Of a DNA stretch of 34,426 nucleotides, positions 9,200-17,825 are shown piece after piece (within the stretch, counting starts at the first letter, position 1; every line of letters begins with the position of its first letter). This DNA comes from Oligoflexales bacterium (lineage in GTDB: Bacteria; Bdellovibrionota_B; Oligoflexia; Oligoflexales; Bog-1112). The notes beneath the pieces were generated by a model. It ran no database searches. It was not told the origin of the DNA and worked only from the letters and a program-made list of their open reading frames with translations. Both the position numbers and the translations under genes were made by a program. Location of the stretch: contig JBGCEP010000088.1 in assembly GCA_045106415.1 (NCBI GenBank), forward strand, positions 1-34,426, given 5' to 3'.

Positions 9200-9606
9200 T
9201 GAAGGTCCCCATTCGCTATCGATACGGCATCTTGATCTAAAACCTCATACGAAGCAGTACCTGTTTGTCGTACATATTCTACCCTAGCTAATAGCTGGTT
9301 ATCTCCTGAGCCGTATATACTGAGCTCACACTCAAAAACATCACCATCAACCTCATCATATCTTTTTTGAAAAAAAGGTTGTTGATAACCTTCCCCACGA
9401 TGATGGGGTTGAATATTTTGAGCGCACGCAAACCAACGCTCTTGACTATCATCCTCAAAATACAAAGAATACGATAAGCCTGAGTACATAAAACTTCCCG
9501 TGCATTGTTTTAAGCTCTCAACTTCAAGAGATAAACTGCGACTTCCTCTATTCTCACCGCACGAGATAAAAAGAAAGCAAAAAACAAGACAGCGTTGAAC
9601 CAACAT
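9181..9606 (-). CDS. Hypothetical lipoprotein
   Basis: GGAGGAG RBS before ATG 9606 (ORF track starts at 9750); lipobox-like FIS-C-G; 3' end overlaps the start of the resolvase-like gene by 19 nt. Confidence 0.65.
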   Translation of the reverse strand: MLVQRCLVFCFLFISCGENRGSRSLSLEVESLKQCTGSFMYSGLSYSLYFEDDSQERWFACAQNIQPHHRGEGYQQPFFQKRYDEVDGDVFECELSIYGSGDNQLLARVEYVRQTGTASYEVLDQDAVSIANGDLQCKVRL

Positions 9607-9837
9607 CTCTCCTCCTAACACATTAGAAATCTTATTAAGATTAATTCGATCCCGCTGATCACACAAGCTAAAGAGATCCCGCTTACGCACTACTCTCAAT
9701 TTAAAAATAGCAATATTTAGAACACACCACTGCCCAAATAAATTTTTCACAAAACTTCATTTTGATGAAAAAAGTCATGCTTACTACAAAAATAAATGCT
9801 ATGTTTCGACCGCGCTTTTATGAGCAAGGACCATGAT

Positions 9838-10455
9838 ATGCATGCTGAATATTTAACAAGTGTTGTAAAACCCGATAACTTTCCCATTTGGGATTATCCC
9901 GAGATTGCTTTTATAGGCCGATCTAACTGTGGAAAGTCTTCTCTTCTTAATGCTTTACTTGGAAGAAAGAGCCTTGCTCGAACATCCTCAACTCCCGGCC
10001 GAACTCAAGCCATCAATTTCTTCAACGCGAACAACCAAGCCATCTTCGCAGATCTACCTGGTTATGGTTACAGCAAGGTGGCAATGAGAATGAGTAAAAG
10101 CTGGGATCGCCTTATCTCAGAGTATTTAAAAAGACCTGAAGTCAAAGATTTCTTATGCTTAACTGATATTCGTCGCCGTTTTTCTGATGATGAACTTGCG
10201 TTTATGGAAATACTTCACCATGAGCAGTATCCGATTACCATCGTTCTCACAAAAAGTGACAAAATCAATAAATCAGAATGTCAAAAAAGCATTATGAAAA
10301 TTCGAGAGCAACTTGTCCCTTACGGTATTACACCTAAAGCTGTTCATGCGATTTCAAGCTTAAAAAGACAAGGACTCGAAAAACTGAAGCAACAAATCCT
10401 CTCTCATGAGCCTCATCGCTTTCCCGCTCAAGCTATGGTTGCAGAAAACCGATAA
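9838..10455 (+). CDS. engB: Ribosome biogenesis GTP-binding protein EngB/YihA/YsxC
   Basis: G1 GRSNCGKSS, G2 TPGRT, G3 DLPGYG, G4 TKSD; AAGGA RBS favours ATG 9838 (alternatives 9820 and 9796). Confidence 0.96.
   Translation: MHAEYLTSVVKPDNFPIWDYPEIAFIGRSNCGKSSLLNALLGRKSLARTSSTPGRTQAINFFNANNQAIFADLPGYGYSKVAMRMSKSWDRLISEYLKRPEVKDFLCLTDIRRRFSDDELAFMEILHHEQYPITIVLTKSDKINKSECQKSIMKIREQLVPYGITPKAVHAISSLKRQGLEKLKQQILSHEPHRFPAQAMVAENR
10428..10455 (+). promoter_or_regulatory. Putative sigma28-type promoter for the downstream lectin lipoprotein
   Basis: TCAAGCTA-N12-ACCGATAA in the last codons of engB; same spacing as the 2580 site. Confidence 0.45.
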
Positions 10456-10456
10456 G

Positions 10457-10484
10457 ACCCCTAGATTTCTCACTAGGGGTTTTT
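10457..10484 (+). terminator. Rho-independent terminator after engB
   Basis: ACCCCTAG-8 nt-CTAGGGGT followed by a T run. Confidence 0.85.
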
Positions 10485-10490
10485 ATTTTT

Positions 10491-11207
10491 ATGTCCTCTG
10501 TATTCATTTTAAGATTTTACATTATTTTTTTAATGCCTCTTGCCTGTCAACAACAGGTCGAGAATCATTCAAAAAACTCTGTTCACTCACCCCAAGAAAA
10601 TTTAGATGCAATACAAAATCACGATACAGATGAGAGTAAGACAACAACACCCCCTCTTCAAAAAACTGAAATCACAGCAAAAGATGACTATTGGAACCAA
10701 AAAGAAAGTTTCCAGACAAAGACATCAAATATTGATTCTAATGAAACCTTAAAAACAAAAACAACATGCGAAGATGCAGGCTATTTTTGGTCGCAGGCAA
10801 GCTGCCTGCAAAATCACCTTTGGTTTTCATGGGATAACGGCCGTTGCCTTGATCAAAATTTAGATCGCACAGCAAATATTTCAACTTGTGACGTAATCGA
10901 AGACAGCCAGCAGTTTGTTGCTGAGAGGCGTTTCCGAGGGGGGGGGCACCAAATACGGACTATTAGCCAGTTTTGTCTTGCACAAAAAGATGACAACAGC
11001 CTTCACTATGCGATTTGTGACGAAGAAGACAGTTCACAACGCTTTCACATCACAAGATTGGAGAACAGCACCGGACAATTTCACATCCGATCCCCACACC
11101 TCTCAGAAGAGCTTTGTCTAAGCGGTGTAAATGGAGTCATTGAATATGAAAAATGCGATGAGTACAGCGCTTTTTATATTCATCATGTCCTTGATATTGC
11201 TGAGTGA
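10491..11207 (+). CDS. Lipoprotein with C-terminal ricin-B-type (beta-trefoil) lectin domain
   Basis: Lipobox-like PLA-C; polar linker; three subdomains GRCLD...CD...SQQF, FCLA...CD...SQRF and LCLS...CD. Confidence 0.7.
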   Translation: MSSVFILRFYIIFLMPLACQQQVENHSKNSVHSPQENLDAIQNHDTDESKTTTPPLQKTEITAKDDYWNQKESFQTKTSNIDSNETLKTKTTCEDAGYFWSQASCLQNHLWFSWDNGRCLDQNLDRTANISTCDVIEDSQQFVAERRFRGGGHQIRTISQFCLAQKDDNSLHYAICDEEDSSQRFHITRLENSTGQFHIRSPHLSEELCLSGVNGVIEYEKCDEYSAFYIHHVLDIAE

Positions 11208-12256
11208 TCAATATGTCTATAGTTTGTCGAGTTCACAAAATGTTCCATATCACGATTTTCTGAATATTCCTTACCACCGGACGCAACAGTTTGATGACTC
11301 ACACCTTCCCCGTAGCCTCGCCGGATGACAAAGAGAGGGCGGTTTTGAACCTCAGAATAAATTTTCCCTATATAAAGAGCTAGAAGCCCCATTCCAGAAA
11401 GAATCACTCCAGCCATAAAGAGGTTAATGATGACAGCAACCGCAAGTGGTGTAAACGACCACATATTATAAGTCATTTGATCTGTGATCATGATCGCCAA
11501 GAGAACACCAGCACAAAACGTCAAGAAAACACCCAAATATCCTGCAACTCTAAGTGGAAACAAAGAATAGGACGTAATCGAGTTAATCGCTAATTCTGTA
11601 AGTTTTCTATAGGTATAACCCTCTTCCCCAGAGAACCTTTCAGGAGCTTCAAACTCCACAAATATAGTCCTAAATCCTAACCAATCAATCAAGCCACGAA
11701 CCATACGGTTTCTTTCACTAAACGCACACATCAGCTCTAAAACTTTTCTGTCAATGAGCCTAAAGTCCGTCGTTTGTGAAACCATCGGTGTTTCTGAGAT
11801 TGCATTTAAGATTTTATAAAAAAGCCAAGATCCGGCTTTTTTAAGCGCAGGTCTATTTTCGATTGTTTTGCGCTTTGTCGCCACCACTTCATAACCGTTA
11901 TCCCAGTGAGCTATGAACTCTGGGATCACTTCCGGTGGGTGCTGAAGATCTGCATCCATAATAACAACAGCGTTACACTTCAAATGATAGCAGCACACTT
12001 CAAGGCCAGCTGAAACGGCTGCTTCTTTCCCGAAGTTCCGACTCAACTCACTGAGAACAACTCGAGAATCCTGAGCAATGATTTCTCGTGCTTTTCGAAT
12101 TGTTTGATCCTTACTACCATCATCAACAAGGCACAACTTGAAGTCATATTCAGGAAGAGTATCCCACACAGCAACTAAGGCCTGATAGAGGGGCTCTAGA
12201 TTGCCTTCTTCATTATGGGCAGGAACCACGATACCTAAACACGGACGATGTTGCAT
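11183..12256 (-). CDS. GT2 polyisoprenyl-phosphate glycosyltransferase (GtrB/YkoT-like)
   Basis: PAHNE, VDDGSKD, RNFGKEAA, MDADLQHPP, DFRLIDR; two C-terminal TM helices. Confidence 0.93.
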   Translation of the reverse strand: MQHRPCLGIVVPAHNEEGNLEPLYQALVAVWDTLPEYDFKLCLVDDGSKDQTIRKAREIIAQDSRVVLSELSRNFGKEAAVSAGLEVCCYHLKCNAVVIMDADLQHPPEVIPEFIAHWDNGYEVVATKRKTIENRPALKKAGSWLFYKILNAISETPMVSQTTDFRLIDRKVLELMCAFSERNRMVRGLIDWLGFRTIFVEFEAPERFSGEEGYTYRKLTELAINSITSYSLFPLRVAGYLGVFLTFCAGVLLAIMITDQMTYNMWSFTPLAVAVIINLFMAGVILSGMGLLALYIGKIYSEVQNRPLFVIRRGYGEGVSHQTVASGGKEYSENRDMEHFVNSTNYRHIDHSAISRT

Positions 12257-12412
12257 AACGACCTCAAGAGTATTCTTGTTTTTATAACATCACTGTATCA
12301 TATGGCCTCTTCACCACAAGCTCAAGGCATTGTTTCTCCATTCCAAAGCACACCAAAATCATATATAAAAGTCTTCGTAAATAACGAGACCACAAGCTCA
12401 AAAGAGAGGCTC

Positions 12413-14887
12413 ATGAGACAAAAGCACATCAAAGCATTAGCAGAAAGCATTCTTCATCATAAACGTCTCTATTATGCTGGAAACCCTGAAATTTCAGATG
12501 CTGAATTTGACAACATCGAGCACGAGCTCAAGACCCTCGAGCCTCACCATCCAGCTCTGCAAGCTATTGGCTATACTCCATTAAAAAACAAGCTCCGTCA
12601 CAGTACACCTATGCTTTCTCTTGAAAAAACATACGACTGCACACAACTTATTCAATGGGCAAATAAAATAGATAAAAAACGCTTCCCCCACCTCATTGCC
12701 ACCTGGAAGATCGACGGCAACAGCCTAAGCCTTGTCTATGAGAATGGCGTTCTCGTTCAAGCAAAGACAAGAGGAAATGGAATTGAAGGCGAAGATGTTC
12801 TCGATAAAATACAATGGGTCACATCATGCCCCAAGAACCTTCGTCATGGCTCTGGTGAAATACGAGGCGAATTAGTCTGTCACCAAAAAGAATTTGAAGA
12901 TTTAAAACAAGAGATGCAACGTTTAGGCTTAGAAACTCCAAGCAACCCTCGCAATATTGTCGCTGGTGTCCTTGGTCGGAAAAAACATGAAGATCTTGCT
13001 CGTTTTTTTGATTTTTACGCCTTCGACTCACTTCTTGAAGATGCTCCGTTTCAAACAGAAAAAGAGAAGATGTCTTGGCTTCACACATCTGATTTTCAAC
13101 TCCCCGACTACGAATACATCACCTCTGAAGAGGAACTTAAAAAAGTAATTGAAGACTCAAAAACAAAAGCTCTCAGCCTGCATATGGCCGTTGATGGTGT
13201 CGTCATCACAGTCAATGACCTCCTCACCCATAAAGAACTTGGCTATACAGCTCATCACCCTCGCTATAAAATCTCGTTTAAATGGCAAGGAGAAACCGCA
13301 ACTGCAAAGATTAACAATATTCACTGGGCAACATCTCCTTATGGAGTTATCACTCCTGTTGCAGAAATAGAACCAACCCCTTTAAGCGGAGCAACGATAT
13401 CGAACGTCACTTTACACAACGCTGACCTTGTTCAAACACAAAATCTAGCACCTGGCGACTATATTGAAATCATCCGTTCTGGGGAGGTCATCCCAAAATT
13501 CTTATCTATTCAACACAATCACCCTAAACAGTGTCATCTTTGCCAAAAAAACCTCGTCTGGGATAACGAAAATCTTTTATGCCATGAGCATAGTTCTCTT
13601 AGTCAGAGCAATCTCCCACATGACTCAAAAAATGAGACTCAAACATTCTATGAGTTCGACGAATTAAAAAGATGGGTGCGAAGGCGTGTCGTTCTAGTTG
13701 AAGAAATCTTTAAAAAACCCGAGTCACTACACATAAAACCTAACATCGCACGCGTAGAAAACAGTAAAAAACTTCGCGAAATTATTTTTCAGCCCAATGA
13801 TAATATTGATTTATTCGCTATTCATCTCGAAAAACAAAAGACAAAAGTCTTTTTTAAAAGCCACAGCAGCCATGCTTATATAAAAATCAAAAAAGTAGAA
13901 TGGCTCCAAAATCAAGGCAGCGTGCAACAACGTGTTCACATGGAAGATCACACACATTTCTTTATGCACACAACTGCACAAGCCTTAAAACATAATCTCC
14001 ATACGGGAGACTCAATCTGGGTCGCTTTTCAAAACCAACAAGCCTCCTTTATTGACAGATCTCAGGCTGCCTGCCTTCCAAAATCTTGCCCAAGCTGCAA
14101 AGACCCTATTGCCTGGGACAACGATGAAGTTCGTCTTATCTGCTGCAATCAAGAGTGTGCAGCTCAAGTCAAAGGACAGATTCTAAAGTGGATCCGTGCA
14201 GTTGAAATTGATGACATCAGTGAAAAACGCATCCACGAAATGCTAGACAAACAGCTAATGAAAACTGCGCCAGACTTGTACCGCCTCACCTACGATGGGC
14301 TTCTTACACTTCCCATGGTTGGTGATAAACTTGCTCGTAAATTACTCGACCACATCGAACACGCAAAACAAGTTCCACTTGTGCCGTTTCTTTGTGGTCT
14401 TGGGATTTCAGGCACTGGAACCACCACGTGGGAAAAAGTCACAGCTGTCTACCCTTCACTTACAGAACTACAAGAAGTCACACCTGAGCAACTTTGCCAA
14501 ATTGACGGCTTTTCTGAAATCACTTCTACGCAAGTCGTCGAAGGGCTAAAATCCAAACAAGACTTCATCAACGAGTTATTTCAGGTTGGTGTCCGCATCC
14601 TCACTCCTGCCCTGGAAACATCGCTAAGTCAAAAGCCATTTCAAGGCCTACGCATCGCTATAACAGGAACTTTGTCACGCCCAAGAAAAGAACTCTCAGA
14701 ATTAATTAAAAATCTTGGCGGTGAGATCGCCTCTTCCATCTCACAAACAACACACGCACTCGTCATTGCCGATACTCAGTCAACATCAACAAAAGCTAAA
14801 AAGGCTCGTGAACTTGGTGTGTTACTCTGGTCGGAAGAAGATCTTATTTTGAATTCTCAGACTTCTGGTAAAATAGACTTGGGGTAG
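12413..14887 (+). CDS. ligA: NAD+-dependent DNA ligase with a ~185-aa internal insertion
   Basis: YY...ISDAEFD, PMLSL, KIDG adenylation motif, TRGNG, RGE, NPRN, DGVV, TLHN, RSGEVIP, C4 Zn finger, HhH region, BRCT. GAGAGG RBS before ATG 12413 (ORF track starts at 12248). Confidence 0.96.
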   Translation: MRQKHIKALAESILHHKRLYYAGNPEISDAEFDNIEHELKTLEPHHPALQAIGYTPLKNKLRHSTPMLSLEKTYDCTQLIQWANKIDKKRFPHLIATWKIDGNSLSLVYENGVLVQAKTRGNGIEGEDVLDKIQWVTSCPKNLRHGSGEIRGELVCHQKEFEDLKQEMQRLGLETPSNPRNIVAGVLGRKKHEDLARFFDFYAFDSLLEDAPFQTEKEKMSWLHTSDFQLPDYEYITSEEELKKVIEDSKTKALSLHMAVDGVVITVNDLLTHKELGYTAHHPRYKISFKWQGETATAKINNIHWATSPYGVITPVAEIEPTPLSGATISNVTLHNADLVQTQNLAPGDYIEIIRSGEVIPKFLSIQHNHPKQCHLCQKNLVWDNENLLCHEHSSLSQSNLPHDSKNETQTFYEFDELKRWVRRRVVLVEEIFKKPESLHIKPNIARVENSKKLREIIFQPNDNIDLFAIHLEKQKTKVFFKSHSSHAYIKIKKVEWLQNQGSVQQRVHMEDHTHFFMHTTAQALKHNLHTGDSIWVAFQNQQASFIDRSQAACLPKSCPSCKDPIAWDNDEVRLICCNQECAAQVKGQILKWIRAVEIDDISEKRIHEMLDKQLMKTAPDLYRLTYDGLLTLPMVGDKLARKLLDHIEHAKQVPLVPFLCGLGISGTGTTTWEKVTAVYPSLTELQEVTPEQLCQIDGFSEITSTQVVEGLKSKQDFINELFQVGVRILTPALETSLSQKPFQGLRIAITGTLSRPRKELSELIKNLGGEIASSISQTTHALVIADTQSTSTKAKKARELGVLLWSEEDLILNSQTSGKIDLG

Positions 14888-15036
14888 ACCCTCTGTTTTA
14901 CACAAGAAAAGACTTCTCGGCATGATGTCACATATAAAGATATGAAGTGAGTCCACTCTTGTGTTTCTGTAAAATTTTTTGTCTACCGGAAAGAGCATAC
15001 AGCTTTATTTATATAAGCTGTTCTTACGGAGTTTCT

Positions 15037-15957
15037 ATGCTGTCATTATTCAAAATCTTATCTACTGTGATTTTCCTCTTCTCCCTGACTTTTCCTTGCT
15101 ACTCTCAAAGCAAACGTAAAGATGTCATCCGAAGAGGAAAAGTTACTTTTTGCTCTGATCAGACCCCTCGACACTTAAGATATGTGAATAACGTTTACCT
15201 CAGTAAAAAACCTCACATGGACGCCAAGGTTGAAGCTCTCTACGAAGGGCGCACTGTCTTTCGAGGTACAGCAACACAAAACTACCAACGCAGAATTGAC
15301 CTCGAAGGCGATTGGCTTGTCTCTCCAAAAATCCTTGGAAGAATATGCTCTCAGCAACTCTTTGTTGATTTAGTTATTTTATCTGTATACCCAAAAGCTA
15401 AAGGTAAATCAAAAGAGAAAAATAAGAAAAAAGAAAAATCGTTCAACCCTTTTGCTTTACGCAACGCAATCGGAGGACCTTTACTGTCTATTTACGGCCA
15501 TCTAGGCACCCCAACTTCTGTCAGTTCTCACCATGGTTTTGAATTCGAAATAAACCCATGGGGACACTACCCTATAAACTTGCACGCCGGCCAATATTTA
15601 AACTCAACCGAAATGGCAGCTAAGCAAGGTGATCAATTTATTTCGACCGTAGGTCTCGGAACTGGAATTCTTCTAGGTGACAAATTTTCAAAAGTCATCT
15701 TAAGTGGAAACATCAATCAGTACACCCTCACAACATCAGAACTTAATAAATCTTACTATGCATTTTTACCGACAGCTGGTTTTCGCCTTCAAATGCTCGC
15801 AGAAACATATTTCGAAATGGATATTTCTACACATATCCCTTTTGGAGATGATCTCCGTGTTGATATGGCAGAAACTCAAACAGGTATATACTCTATCGAC
15901 CAAATTGATCCTACACACGGTATTGAAGTCCGAATTGGTCTGGGTGTTGGTTTCTAA
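15037..15957 (+). CDS. Secreted hypothetical protein, probable C-terminal outer-membrane beta-barrel
   Basis: GGAG RBS before ATG 15037; signal peptide; Lys-rich linker; alternating beta-strand pattern ending EVRIGLGVGF (terminal Phe). Confidence 0.6.
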   Translation: MLSLFKILSTVIFLFSLTFPCYSQSKRKDVIRRGKVTFCSDQTPRHLRYVNNVYLSKKPHMDAKVEALYEGRTVFRGTATQNYQRRIDLEGDWLVSPKILGRICSQQLFVDLVILSVYPKAKGKSKEKNKKKEKSFNPFALRNAIGGPLLSIYGHLGTPTSVSSHHGFEFEINPWGHYPINLHAGQYLNSTEMAAKQGDQFISTVGLGTGILLGDKFSKVILSGNINQYTLTTSELNKSYYAFLPTAGFRLQMLAETYFEMDISTHIPFGDDLRVDMAETQTGIYSIDQIDPTHGIEVRIGLGVGF

Positions 15958-16076
15958 AGCACGAGCATCATGTCGCTATCGCGATCTATCCAGCCTTATC
16001 AACCACTGAAGCAGTAAGATTTTTATTGCGCCTCTCCCAGCACATGAGCGCAGGCAATCTCAGTGCAATTTTTTCT

Positions 16077-16700
16077 TCACACCACTGTTGTGAATTTACT
16101 TAAATCTACCTCCGTAGATTTAAAATCAATTTTTTTCAACATCTCCTCGATATACACATTAAAAAATGAAGAATCGTAAGTGTCCTCAAATAGGAATGGT
16201 GCAATGAGGTCATTTTGATTGTTAAGAACACCAATTATGCTCACTGCACGGTGTTGTGAGCCTTCTTTAAAGCTTTGAAAACGAGAGATTTCATAGGGCC
16301 AACATCGCTGATAGACTTCATTTAGCTGAGATCCATATTCGTCTATATACAAGATCTTTTTGTTTTTCCTCAATATTTTCTAGAGTTCTTTGCACTTAAT
16401 GTCACACCGTTTTTTATCCGAAAGTTTTTTTATTTGTGAAGCCAATACACTTTAAGTATTTACGAATGGTTGATGATGAAGTATTACCCCAATCTTTGGC
16501 TCATTCCACAGAACTTCTATCAATCTATTTTTCTACAAATTTTTGAAATTTTTCCAGATCTTGAATTTTTCAAGAAGGAGAGCTTCGACATCGTTTTGAT
16601 AATCATACCTGCCGTGACCACTAGGTATTTGGCATGACGGCTCTGAGGCTTTTTCTTTACCTCACTTGCGAAAAATTGAGATACCAACGTCTAAAAAAAG
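16077..16700 (-). pseudogene. Decayed IS630-family transposase
   Basis: Minus strand gives DVGISIFRK* (HTH-like), then KIQDLEKFQKFVEK*IDRSSVE*AKDWGNTSSSTIRKYLKCIGFTNKKT with internal stops, then in another frame ILYIDE...SIIG...IAPFLFE...FFNVYIEEML (first DDE Asp). Truncated before the second Asp; no terminal inverted repeats recognised. Confidence 0.85.
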
Positions 16701-16717
16701 AGCCTTTTCATCGATAA

Positions 16718-16810
16718 ATATAAAACGAATAACTTCTTACATCAAAAAACCTGATGATTTTATACGCCTATACAGCCTTGTCAGCAACAGAAACAAGAGG
16801 TTTTTTAGTG
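16718..16810 (+). repeat. Dispersed intergenic repeat, copy A
   Basis: Ungapped manual alignment to 28791-28883 gives 73/93 identities, including ATATAAAACG and TTGTCAGCAACAGAA. Confidence 0.85.
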
Positions 16811-16874
16811 TGCTTCTGTCAGACCTCCTAAACCAGATTTACAAGTCATTCAAAAGCTTAAATTTACGCAACAT

Positions 16875-17747
16875 TTATAGCGAGTCTCTCATAAAAGCTT
16901 CTTGCGACACTGTAGCTAAAAGGCACGACGACCTTGAGAAAACTTTACCATGACATAGAGTGCGGCCTCCTCCTTGAAAAGAGCTCGAAAGCTCATACAA
17001 TTGCCACTCTTCAAGACAGAGCGGCTGATGAAACCAAACACTATGATCAAGGCTTGCCATCCGAAAAGGTGCATTTCCGTACGTTACACCGTGGGGTTTA
17101 AGCGCTGGTATTAAAATCATCATATCCGAATACCAAAGAAACAGTGCTTGCTGCATCACTTGAGTACTCAAACCCGATAGTTGAGTGCCACCTTTCAAAC
17201 GAAACCAAGTCGCCCACTCTGATTCGCTCACGATCGCGTCACAAAATGAAAGCCTTTCTTCAGAGCGTTGTTCAAACACCGATGGTTGAGTCCAAAATTT
17301 AAGAACCCTATCAGAAAGATAATTTTTATTTTTTTCAATCCAGACTTGATCAGAAATCAAATCTTCAGGTTTTTTAGGTTCTCTTTTCCATGACTCAGAA
17401 CGAACAGCATCTCCTTCCACGACTTGGAATGAAGCAGACATAACAAAAAGGCAAACATCCTCTTGCCACGCTTTCACTCGACGATTTGAAAAGCTTTTGC
17501 CGTCTCGGACATACTCTACAACGTACCGAACAGGAAGATGAGCATGCCCCATCCGTAAAAAATAACTATGAAGAGAGTGACACACCCTAGTGTCATCAAC
17601 AGTCTTTGCTGCACTTAAAAAAGCCTGAGATAAAATCTGCCCTCCAAATAAACGCCCATACCCAAGATCAAGACTTGCAGCTTTATATGTGTGAACACCG
17701 TCTTCACTCACCTGAAAAATGTGAGCGAACTTTTCTTCAAAGATCAT
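16875..17747 (-). CDS. tesB: Acyl-CoA thioesterase II
   Basis: LFGGQ, HSLHSYFLR, RDGKSFSNRRV, YSD, ASLDHSVWFH, QE. Confidence 0.95.
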   Translation of the reverse strand: MIFEEKFAHIFQVSEDGVHTYKAASLDLGYGRLFGGQILSQAFLSAAKTVDDTRVCHSLHSYFLRMGHAHLPVRYVVEYVRDGKSFSNRRVKAWQEDVCLFVMSASFQVVEGDAVRSESWKREPKKPEDLISDQVWIEKNKNYLSDRVLKFWTQPSVFEQRSEERLSFCDAIVSESEWATWFRLKGGTQLSGLSTQVMQQALFLWYSDMMILIPALKPHGVTYGNAPFRMASLDHSVWFHQPLCLEEWQLYELSSSFQGGGRTLCHGKVFSRSSCLLATVSQEAFMRDSL

Positions 17748-17763
17748 GTTTACCCCTAAAAAA

Positions 17764-17809
17764 CTATAAAAAAAGAGAGCCTCTCAAAAGGAAACTCTCT
17801 TTTTTATAG
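17764..17809 (-). terminator. Intrinsic terminator between the repeat-protein gene and tesB
   Basis: Minus strand GAGAG(TTT)CCT...AGGCTCTC followed by T7; flanks extend the inverted repeat. Confidence 0.7.
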
Positions 17810-17825
17810 CTTAGCACAGAAGACA

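Noticed and set aside
12248..12412. N-terminal ORF extensions (ligA from 12248; likewise 9750, 14947, 31412 and 34378 for other genes)
   Set aside because: Downstream ATGs have clear RBSs and give proper domain or signal-peptide starts; the 31412 extension runs through a terminator.
13523..14077. Intein in LigA
   Set aside because: The insert lacks a terminal His-Asn followed by Cys/Ser/Thr and any recognisable Hint or LAGLIDADG block; it resembles LigA's own domains instead.
16100..16123. TCTAC-loop-GTAGAT hairpin resembling a Cas12a direct-repeat handle
   Set aside because: Single copy, lacks the AATTTCTAC 5' context, and there are no spacers or cas genes in the window.
16666..16953. 95-aa plus-strand ORF
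   Set aside because: TTG start without an RBS, overlaps the tesB end, and is antisense to the IS/repeat relic; the equivalent frame in repeat copy B is closed early.
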